Below are positions 50,501-62,500 of a stretch of DNA of 64,000 bases, piece after piece. The stretch is from the NCBI GenBank assembly GCA_002633005.1, contig NMRA01000496.1, forward strand, positions 244,607-308,606, in the 5' to 3' direction. The translations under genes were made by a program, and so were the position numbers. The notes under the pieces were generated by a model. The model saw only the letters and a list, made by a program, of their open reading frames with translations. It searched no databases and was not told the DNA's origin. Source of the stretch: Phoronis australis (Eukaryota > Animalia > Phoronida). Positions within the stretch are counted from its first letter, which is position 1; each line of letters begins with the position of its first letter.

Positions 50501-53500
50501 CTTCTCTTTCTCCAATTCCAATGGCATCAAGACACCATCATCCTCATCCCGGTATCCGTAGTAATCAGCATCTATGTCCTTCATTAGTTCCGCCCGTGTT
50601 TTACGTGGGGCAGGGGGTGCTAAAATTAAATAAGCAAAAAATAATGTGGCACATTACAATCCAAAAGAAATACAAATTGCTTTGTTTTACATATAGATAA
50701 GCATTAGGTCACAGTTTCAATATTCTTTAGTGAGCTAAACATGATCAAATTTAACCCACTTCTACCTTAAAACAAAGCATCTCATCAACCATCAGCCTCA
50801 TAACCACAGTTTTCAAGATATTATCTTAAATGAAACTATAAGCTACATAAGGCTCAATGACTTGTCAATATCTCATTACAAAGCACTTTCCCAAAACCTT
50901 TTGGCTTATTACTGAGTACAACAGAGCAGAAGTTCAACACTGAGTACAAATGGGCTCGGGCTTTTGTACTTGAAACTCAACCAGAAAATTGACCGATGAC
51001 ATGACACACTTCGAGTAAACTTTACAAATTGCACTTGAATCATGATGTGAAAGTACCAAATGTAGACGCCACCCTAAATGTTACCTAAGACAGTTTTTTT
51101 GACAACTGACTTATCGAAATTACCAGTAAAAACATTTCGTATTTTCAATCTCTCAATGCAAGTCTAAATCTGCAAAATGTGATACCTATTTCTTTGAAAG
51201 AAGAAAGCACTGCACAAATTTTAAGCCAGATCATTCAGCATAACTGAATCAAACTATGACTATAAATCAGAATGTGTTATACTAACGTTCTTGTTCAAAC
51301 AGTTCCCGAACACCTGGCAGATCCCGTGCAGCTCCGAAATACCTGCAACACAGGAATAGGCAACTACGTGGCATTTGAAAGTACAACAATGAGAAAACAA
51401 ACTTGAACTCAGTTTTCTAGTCAAAATTTTGAGCAACAAAAAGTGAATGCATCAAAACACATATTAGTTGTTGATTTCACTTCACAAAATGTGCAGCCAC
51501 AGAGTGTAAATGAGAGACAAAGCAACAATCAACCCAGAGTTCCGTTGAATGAATTAACCTTTGATTTAAGACCCCTCATTGCTGAAAAAATGGTATCTGA
51601 CAACTTGTTCATTATTCAGATGAGAATTGGTATCTGGTCTTGCAAAGAACTGGCGGTTTGCTATTCCGCAAGAACATGTTCGACTAATAAAATGACACGT
51701 CATTACAAGTCAACATAGAGTCCGGTCTCAATAAAATGACATGTCATTACAAGTCAACTTGTAGAGTCCAGTCTAAACAAAATGACACATCATTACAAGA
51801 CAACTTGTAGAGTCAGGTCTAAATAAAATGACACGTCATTACAGGTCAACTTGTAAGAGTCCAGTCTAAAAAACATGTCACGTCATTACAAGAAAACTTA
51901 TAGTCATGTCTAAACAAAATGACATGTCATTAAAAGTCAACTTGTAGAGTCCAGTCTAAACAAAATGACACGTCATTACAAGACAACTTGTAGAGTCCAG
52001 TCTAAAGAAATAACACGGCATTACAAGACAACTTGTAGTCAGATCTAAACAAAACAATGTGAACCATAAATTCTTTCCAAGGTCAGAAATCTCACCTATT
52101 TTGACACTTAAGAAAAATTTTAGACTAGTTTTATAATGGTTAGTGGTCCAAATCAAAAATTGGTTTTCAGGACACAAATCAGGTTTCTAGACCAACATTT
52201 AATATTCATAATAATCAAATCAGGAATACTATAACAGTTGTGATATATATCCAAAGCAGGAATACTGTAACAGCTGTGATACATATCCAAAGCAGGAATA
52301 CTGTAACAGTTGTGACATATATCCAAAGCAAGAATACTGGTAACAGCTATGATATATATCCAAAGCAGGAATACTGTAACAGTTGTGATATATATCCCAA
52401 GTAGGAATACTGTAACAGCTATGATATATATCCAAAGCAAGAATTCTGCAACAGCTGTGATATATATCCAAAGCACGAATACTGTAACAGCTGTGATATA
52501 TATCCAAAGCAAGAATACTGTAACAGCTATGATATATATCCAAAGTAGGAATACTGTAACAGCTATGATATATATCCAAAGTGGGAATACTGTAACAGTT
52601 GTGATATTTATATCCAAAGTGGGAATACTGTAACAGTTGTGATATATATCCAAAACATACAGTCAGAGCAATGTGATCACCAAACTTATGTCATTGCTCA
52701 CTTCAGACGTTATTTTGGCAAAATGGCCCTTAGTTCAGACTCATATAAAATGGCCCGTGTACTTAGACTCATAACAAAATTTAATGTAAAGATGAGGCCT
52801 AGAAAGTCAGCTTATTAAGAATTATACAAATGCCTCTTTTAATTGTAGAAGCACATGGGTGGGCGATGATTTTCATGGACGTTGCAATAACAAATATGTC
52901 TCTTGTAGCAAAACGTGTCACAATACGGCTGGTGTGTGCAGGTGGAGGAAAACGGCTGTGATGAAGACTTCGTCAGCTCACGCAGTCCAACACCGCTCTC
53001 CACACCAACACCAGGGGGCAGCAGGAATGGGTCCGTCATTAGTGTCAAGAATGAATACGATAACTCAGTGGACAATGATAGTGAAGTGTTGGAAAACGCG
53101 GCTGAGAATGAGGAACAAGAGGTGAAAGCAGAGAAAGAAGAAAACGGTGAAAATAATGAGCAGGAAGAAGCGAATGCACAAGAGATGGCGCTGCAGAGCA
53201 GTCATCTACTGAATATACCAGATAACTAAAGACTATGGGTAGCTTGTTCTATGACTTGTAGGAACTGAAGGAAGCTTGTAAACATAACTGAATGCAAAAC
53301 AAGAAGCTGGGAGAAGTGTGACTAAAGGTAGAGAAGAGAGTTGTTAAAGGAAATTGATAAATGTGAAATTACTAAAAGTATGTAAATAAAATCAACCATT
53401 ACCAAGTTACGCAAGGTTGAGGAAAGCGTAAAAATGGAATTGAGTATACCCAGGGGTCTATCTCATGAAAATTCATTCAAGACTTAAGTCACAAATTTGG

Positions 53501-56500
53501 TCTCACGCTCCACTTAACTACTTTTGAAAAATAATTAAATCTCACTTGTGCAAAAGTCCAATCCCCCTGAGAATATACACATAACTGCTAATTGCTGAAA
53601 TAGTTTTTCTAAATTATTTCTAGACTGTGATCTGCTCATATCTACTTGGCAAAACCTTTTTTCAGCAACTGTGGAGAGGGAGCGTAAGACCAAATTTCTG
53701 TCTTAAGCCTTACGTCACTTTCATAAAATAGAACCATTGAGGACATAACCATAAGTCCATCTTGTATACTGTTGAGTTCTCAGCTCATTCACCCGCCATG
53801 CTTTCTAAGTACTACACCAACACTATTTATCTACTATAGAGTAAAACTAGGTCAGCCAATTTTAATGCATACTCAGTTCTTAGGTAATAACATTCCATTG
53901 TTTTATCCCAGATGAAACCTATTGGGTAAAAAGGATATTCATTGTCCTTGCCCCCTCGAGACTTTAACACTAGACTTGAAACTTGACACTAAAACGTTAA
54001 CCAACTGGTTAACATTGNGGGAGAAGTGTGACTAAAAGTAGAGAGGAGAGTTGTTAAAGGAAATTGATGAATGTGAAATTACTAAAAGTATGTAAATAAA
54101 TCAACCATGACCAAGTTATGCAAGGTTGAGGAAAGCATAAAAACGGAATTGAGTATACCCAGGGGTCTATCTCATGAAAATTCATTCAAGACTTAAGTCA
54201 CAAATTTGGTCTCACGCTACACTTAACTACTTTTAAAAAATAATTAAATATCACTTGTGCAAAAGTCCAATCCCCCTGAGAATATACACATAACTGCTAA
54301 TTGCTGAAATAGTTTTTCTAAAATATTTCTAGACTGTGATCCGCTCATATCTACTTGGCTAAACCTTCTTTCAGCATCTGTGGAGTGGGAGCGCAAGACC
54401 AAATTTCTGTCTTAAGCCTTACATCACTTTCATGAAACAGAACCCTTGAGGACATAACCATAGTCCATCTCGCATACTGTTGAGTTCTCTGCTCATTCAC
54501 CCGCCATGCTTTCTAAGTACCACACAAACACTATTTATCTACTATAGAGTAAAACTCTGTTAGGTCAGCCAATTTTAATGCATACTCAGTTCTTAGGTAA
54601 CAACATTCCATTGTTTTATCCCAGATGCAGACACCTATTGGTTAAAAAAGGATATTCAATGTCCTTGCCCCCTCAAGACTATAACACTTGACTTGAAACT
54701 TGACACTAAAACGTTAACCAACTGGCTAACATTGTTAAGTTCAACTTTCTGGTATCAAGATCTGATTGATCCATAAACTGTTCAGTGACGTTTAATTACC
54801 ATGGGGCCAGGACATAGCATACCTTTTCCAGTAATAAATAATCTCAATGCTGCAACAGTAAGGTTTCACTTTGCTAAAACTAGACTCACTTGTAACCACG
54901 GTTACCAGGTACCTCCTTGCCTTCCTGGTCAAGCATCTTCGGCCCGATTCTCTGAAAACAAAAATATGATTGGTCAAACACATACAAGTCATCTGAACTA
55001 CCTTTCCATAATCAAATGAAATTTACAAGCCACCAAAATCTCTACACAGCTGTGTAGAAAATCAAATGCAACTATAAATAAGAAAATAGCATTTTTAAAA
55101 AATAACAGTACTATCAGTCAAACAGTGTTACAAGGATCTTCACATCACATGTTGAAACTGTCGCCATAACCATAGACTGCTGTACTTAACCAACTGGTAT
55201 AGAGTATAGTTGGCTGAAGTCATGTGGAGTAGTACAGAACAAATCAAAAGTATTCATACAAAATGACCAGTAATTCCCCCATTACGATGGCTGAACAAAA
55301 GCCCAATTCATCATCATGACAGCTGAAAAGAAGTCCGATTCATCATAAGAGTAGTCTTTCCTAGTGACTGAGAATGAGGGGAAATTTACAAGAAAATTGA
55401 CAAAGTCATTCTGTAATTAGAATTTTGCCCCCCTAACAGTTATAACTTAACATTTTTGCTGTTAACAGAATTAACCATCATTGACGGGAGAACAGTTACT
55501 TTGATTAATTTTGTCTTGTACTGACCTCATGCTGACCTCATACTGACCTCATACCAGAGCAAATGTTATAAACCAAGGGTGTTACAACACAGTTTGACTG
55601 CATCTCACATGTCATAACTTAAGGATGCAGGTTATCATAAATTAAGCTCCATTAATAAGTAGCACATCAATAGTAGATCACACATCATCCAAAAGGACAT
55701 CTGAGACTGTGCACTCAAAGAGGTTAGAGTGATGTTGTGACACCAGTTCTGTGAGTGCACACCTACCTTATAGTCAAGGCCCCATAGCTCCACCAGTCCT
55801 GTATGAGTGCACACCTACCTCATAGTCAGGACCCCCTAGTCCCACCGGTCCTGTGTGAGTGCACACCTACCTTATAGTCAGGGTCCCCTAGTTCCACCGG
55901 TCATGTTTGAATGCACACCTACCTTATAGTCAGGGCCACCAAGCTCCACAATGCGGTCCTCCCAGTGACCCTTCTCTCTCAACAGTTTGTTGATTTCATC
56001 ATTCAGATCACGTAGACGGAACTCGCCTAGACCAGCTGTTAAAAACAAAAAGACAGAGCCTGATGATCAAAACAACACATCAACACATTACCATCACTTA
56101 GTCAGACAAATGAAATGCGAGACACACAGAAATTTAAACACTTTCACAAGGACACTCCCACCTCAGCTTCAAGTTACATGTTAACCATTCAACAATCTTG
56201 ACACAGGGAGATTCTCCTTCTTTAATATTTTTACGCGTCAAATATAATTTGTTCAAATCTCCCAACTACAGAATAAAATTCGTGTAGCCTTGGAACAAGC
56301 GAATATGTAAGGCATAAATTAAAATTCAACCTATAGTGAAAGCTGTTTCAGTAATGCCACTTTTACGTTGGTACGTCCAGTTTCTTTCAACAGCAAGCTA
56401 TGAATACATTGATTTAACTTTGCAGCGTGTTTAAGGCCTTTTTTCTACTGTGGTTGGAATGGACCTCAAAGGTGCTATTTTTTGGTATAAAAACACTTGC

Positions 56501-59500
56501 ATTTTTATTTCATCTTACTTTGATTTGAAGTTGGTCATTTTGACCCAGTAATGTAGAGTTCAGTATAACTGTGAGTTTCACTCCCTTCTGTAGACAGAGC
56601 ATGCAACACTAAATATGTGTCAGTCAGTGCTCCATGACTCCAATTTAATCCTCACCCTGAAGACAGTATACCACTCTGTGTCTACTGATTAGTTCACACA
56701 CTAGAGACAGTGTGCTGAATTAGTGACAGTAAACACAGACTCTGATTTTGATTAAATCCCTTTACCACAGGATGTAGTAAATGAAGCGCCAGCTTCGTAC
56801 ATTCTCAGTGCAACAGATTTGTGATCTTAAGCATAAGCCAAACGCCTTTATCCCCTAATAGTGCCAGTCGCGTTGGCCCCTTTTTGCTTAAGCTATGTAC
56901 GTCTGTGACTACGGTTTGTATTCTTCCTATTCCCAAGCAGCGCCTGTCCAGTTGCCCCCGCTTTATTTCAGGTATGTACATCCGTNNNNNNNNNNNNNNN
57001 NNNNNNNNNNNNNNNNNNNNNNNNNNNNNNNNNNNNNNNNNNNNNNNNNNNNNNNNNNNNNNNNNNNNNNNNNNNNNNNNNNNNNNNNNNNNNNNNNNNN
57101 NNNNNNNNNNNNNNNNNNNNNNNNNNNNNNNNNNNNNNNNNNNNNNNNNNNNNNNNNNNNNNNNNNNNNNNNNNNNNNNNNNNNNNNNNNNNNNNNNNNN
57201 NNNNNNNNNNNNNNNNNNNNNNNNNNNNNNNNNNNNNNNNNNNNNNNNNNNNNNNNNNNNNNNNNNNNNNNNNNNNNNNNNNNNNNNNNNNNNNNNNNNN
57301 NNNNNNNNNNNNNNNNNNNNNNNNNNNNNNNNNNNNNNNNNNNNNNNNNNNNNNNNNNNNNNNNNNNNNNNNNNNNNNNNNNNNNNNNNNNNNNNNNNNN
57401 NNNNNNNNNNNNNNNNNNNNNNNNNNNNNNNNNNNNNNNNNNNNNNNNNNNNNNNNNNNNNNNNNNNNNNNNNNNNNNNNNNNNNNNNNNNNNNNNNNNN
57501 NNNNNNNNNNNNNNNNNNNNNNNNNNNNNNNNNNNNNNNNNNNNNNNNNNNNNNNNNNNNNNNNNNNNNNNNNNNNNNNNNNNNNNNNNNNNNNNNNNNN
57601 NNNNNNNNNNNNNNNNNNNNNNNNNNNNNNNNNNNNNNNNNNNNNNNNNNNNNNNNNNNNNNNNNNNNNNNNNNNNNNNNNNNNNNNNNNNNNNNNNNNN
57701 NNNNNNNNNNNNNNNNNNNNNNNNNNNNNNNNNNNNNNNNNNNNNNNNNNNNNNNNNNNNNNNNNNNNNNNNNNNNNNNNNNNNNNNNNNNNNNNNNNNN
57801 NNNNTGTGACTATGGTTCGTGTACGTCTGTGACTATGGTTCGTGTACATCTTGTGACTATGGTTCGTGTACGTCTGTGACTATGGTTCGTGTACGTCTGT
57901 GGCTATGGTTCGTGTACGTCTGTGACTGTGGTTTGTGTCGCTAAAGCTTGATTTTGTAATTGCACTTCCTGAATTCTTGTCAAAATTACTCACAAAATCA
58001 AAAATTCTAAGAAAGGAAAACACTGAACAACTTTTCAGTGCAAAAATATTTTCTTTCACATGGTCAGATAGTAAGATAAATACCAGGTCTTCCGACCCAA
58101 ACACACAGACCAGAAGTTGAAATTAGCACGTGGGAATTTCATATTATAGACAAGATCAACGCAGAGCATTGAAATGCGCCCAGGAATGCACCACAAATGG
58201 TGTGCTTCTAGGGGACCGGTGTTTACTTGTATCATAAAAATGGCCACTAGATGGTGCAAAATATCTCGAATCCATACGAAAACTGATATATGTCATCAAA
58301 GCTATTTACCGAATTTCATAAAAATCTGTCAGGGAAATTCTGAGAAATTGCCACTTGGAGGCTATGGTCGCAAAACAAAACATAACTGCCACTAGGATGC
58401 ACCAGAACAGATGAAGTTTCGGAAAATCAGCATCAAAAGCCGTCTCCATACTAACAACATATATGCCAATTTTCACAGTCATGCTTAGAGTGGTTTGGTT
58501 GACAATGGGGCGGGTGCCATAAACAGCCTCGAAAACAGTAAAAATGGCCACTAGAGGGCACAAAATATGACAAATCCATCCAAAAACAGGAACATGTCAT
58601 CATTTCAATAGAAAGCTATTTATAAAATTTCATAAAAATCCGTCAAGCAGCTTCAGAGAAACAAAGGAAACGGAAAAAAAATTAATTGCCAAAAGGGGGC
58701 ACACCGGTACACCGATCCATCCGAAAGCTATCGTAGTCCGTTTTCAACTTCATATAAATACACTAGCAAAATTTCATGAAGATCCTGTAGAGCGGATACA
58801 GCCATGGGTGCAAAAACAAACAAAAGTGCCATTAGGAGGCACCACAGTAGTCGCAGTCGTTGGGAAATCGTCAGGCGCCCTCTTCACAGTAAGAATATAT
58901 ATGCCAATTTTCACAATCATCCCTAGAGCACTTTGGTTGATAGAAGGGCAGACGCCAAAAAAACAGACCAAAAAAACTGTAAAAATAGCCACCAGGTGGC
59001 ACAAAGTACTCAGAATCCATCTGATAACGGAAGGATAACGTCATCTCACTACTAGACGCCTAACTGCCCAATTTTATGAAAATCCCTTGAGGGCCTCCAT
59101 AAAACTAAAATTCCCACTAGGGGGCACACCGGTAGTCAGAGAAGTCCAAAATTCGCTGCCATCTGTCATCAGCTCAATAGGAACACAACTGCCAAATCTG
59201 ATCAAGATCCTGTGAGGGGTTTAGCAGATACAGCTGTGGACGCCAAGACAGAGATGACGACAATATGCAACCACATATAAATATGTGGGCGCATAAAAAT
59301 GTCGGAGCCTGCACTACAAGTTACAGATCTGAATCAGTGCCATTGTATACCGACTCTTATTCCAATCCTTCCACAATAGACAACGTACCATTCTGAATCT
59401 GCGCCACTTTCCGAGATATCTCCCCAATAATCTGCCGTCGATATTTCTCGCATTTTTTCAAGTCGTCGCATTCTGTCGCCAAGTATGGCCGACGATCCTG

Positions 59501-62500
59501 GAAAGAATAATTAACTTGATACAACTCTCATCCCTGTGACTAAACATTTGAGCAAACTCTTCAACATCAAGTGCAGAAACAAAGCACAATTTCTAGAAGA
59601 AAGACATAACATCTGGTTAGAGGTCAGACCCGTTGCTCAAAAACTGCCATTCACAAAGGTATCCCATCGCAATATGAGTAATGAGCAAAACGTTAATAAC
59701 GTGGCCACTCACATGTGATCACAGCGTGAAAACAGAGCCTAACTATGAATCACGTAATTGGAATGTACCTTTCTCACAGGAAGAAGACAGATCTGCCTTC
59801 TGATTTGGATGTAGACAACCAGAGGATAGGTCAGATGTCTAATGAGCGTTCAATTGTGATTCCGTTTTTTCAGAAATAGGTTTAGACATTCAACCTACTT
59901 TATGATGAGAACAGTGAATCTGTCTCAGAAAGGTTCATTGAAAAATGACTATGATGATTGTTCATAACTTTCATTTTTGACCTCTAAAGGTCAAAACAGC
60001 AACCTAGTGACAAGTGCACACTAGCTGTAGAGTAGATCAGTATTATATTTACTATAACAGACACAAATTTTGTGAGTCACAAACTTAAGTTATACCTCCA
60101 GGGTTCTCCCTGGTCAAAAATCTAAGCAAGGTGTCGCAAATTTGCCATCAAGTTTTCATGTCTTAATATTCCTTTAATCTACTGATTCACAGGAATAACT
60201 ACAGTTACGTAGTATTTTCACATGCTGAGATTGCCACTATTATCCTTAAGCAAAAGAATAAAGACATAAATACCACTATCCAACAATATTTCAACCACTA
60301 GTCTTGTAAAGCAGTTAAAGTTAAGGCTTTTCAAACACTAATCAAGATTTTGAATGTGGCTCAGAGCTTTTCTGACATGGCGGAGCACCTTGTTTCAATA
60401 CTACTAGTTTAGGAAGAACACTGACCTTGACCTTTTGTTAAAATACATACTAGTATAGAGCAAACACTGACCTCAACCTTTTTCTCTAAGTGTGCAGCTC
60501 GCCACCTGGCTAGTGTTGTCCTGAAACATACATTTAATACCGACGTCAATCAACGATAATTACACATACCCAAAGGATTCCAGAAAAAACAGATTTTCTC
60601 TCAACAAAGTTACAGAAATGGCAGTATAATTGCTGTACAATATATTTAACTTAACAAACAGATGAAAAAGAATATACCAGATCAGCACTCAATTTGGCAG
60701 CCTGCAGGTCACCAATGGGACCTCAGATTGTGTTTGGCGACCTGGGAAAAATTCTAAGTTGCCACAAAGTCACTAGTGCGAGTATTAAAATCAAACAATA
60801 ACTCCCCCTAAATTGGTTTCAAAGTTCGTGTTGACTTCCAAATTTTTAAATTAATAAGTTTTGCTAGATTTATTACCTTTGACTCAAAACTGTTTCGTTG
60901 GTTTCATGAAATCAGAGTTAATTAAATCTGAACAATATATTCAAACTTACCCCATCAGAAAGAGTTATCAAATGTACATTTCAAGCTTGGCATGTACTTT
61001 GGATATCACAACCAACAATCAACTCTTATATTTTACTAAAGATTTCCAATCATACTCACATTGCTTTTTCTGAATTTCGTGCCTGAAAATAAAATCATGA
61101 TAAAGTTACACAGTCTGTTTGTATCACTATAACTTGGCAGTAATCTTTCTTGTATACATGTTTCATTGAAGACACAACTTTGATCTGTTTTTACGAGTTT
61201 AATTTCAGTTCTTTCAAACTCTCTAAACAGAGATCTATTCTTTACATCACAACAGTGCAATAAAAATCCAATCGACATCAGTAAGTAACATAATTTACAA
61301 AGCGATATTTTGAGACACATATCTCATCTTCAGGCTCCTATTTACAACTAGCTCACAGTGAAATGCACATCAGATATGACAAATGCAATATAACACGTGA
61401 AGTTGGCATGCGCAACTATGACGATAAAAACATATATAAATATACATACGTTGATGTGCAACATAATCTACAGATCACCTAAATAATTATAGAGTCCTTC
61501 GAGTTCCAGTTAGCTGTTCATTCAAACTAGGTTTTTCAAACATTATTACAAGCAACCCTAATGTTAGCAACATTTTTACATCATTTTCAATGTATCGAAT
61601 GACTGCATTGTCAACAATCTCCCGACGAGTTATCTTGCTACCATGACCATTTTGAAAATGGTCTTTTATGGAGCCATTTTGTAAATGCATTGAAAGTCAT
61701 CACGACAAGGAACAGACTGTGCACCCAATGTAATTTTGTTTCTGATGAGAACAAAAACATTCGACCGCGGGACAAGTAAACTCATAAACAACATTACATC
61801 TAGCAACAGTGCGGACCTTCTCACGACTGTTATTTCTCATCACCAAATTAGAGGTCTTCATATTAACTTGCAATAAATAAATAAATAAATACATTATATC
61901 TAGCTTGTCTTTAAGGATTAACAACTCTTACATTATTATAGATTATGTTCTTAAGTACAAACATTTACTGGTAATGTAAACAAAAACTGTATGTCCAAAA
62001 GTTATGAGTTTGAAAGAAATATGTATATGAGTTTGTTTATATAGGTTTTTAAGTTTGCAAGAGCTTGAAGTTTTTTAATAAAATCTCCAAATTAAGAAAT
62101 AATACAAGACCACCTCAACATTCATGATAGCCAGCACAATTTGAAAAAGTTCTAAAGTCAACTTTGTGTCTGTGCCTTTTGTGGAATCATAACATTCAGT
62201 GGAAAGGCTTATCGTAGACTCATAGAGCTGATCAGGGTTGCATTTGCAGACTAAACCTGATTGGGCCTGATTTCTACAGTGTATCATCGCAGTTAGAACA
62301 GTCCACGTCCAAGGACTGACCCCATGTCCGTAGTGCCAAAGTTGATGGTATAGAATTATCCGATGAGTTACGGATGGACGACAATTGCCAGTTCATCAAG
62401 GAAGGTTACGAAATGGTCTGGCTAAGTGTGGAGTTATCAATGTCTTGACACTCCGTGACAAATCGGCAATTGTCGTGCCATCCTTGACCTCGAACCATCA

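Noticed and set aside
52153-52653. Hydrophobic repeat 'membrane protein' ORFs
   Set aside because: 39-bp intronic minisatellite open in several frames.
56821-57879. Long ORFs of ~300-350 aa
   Set aside because: They run through the N gap.
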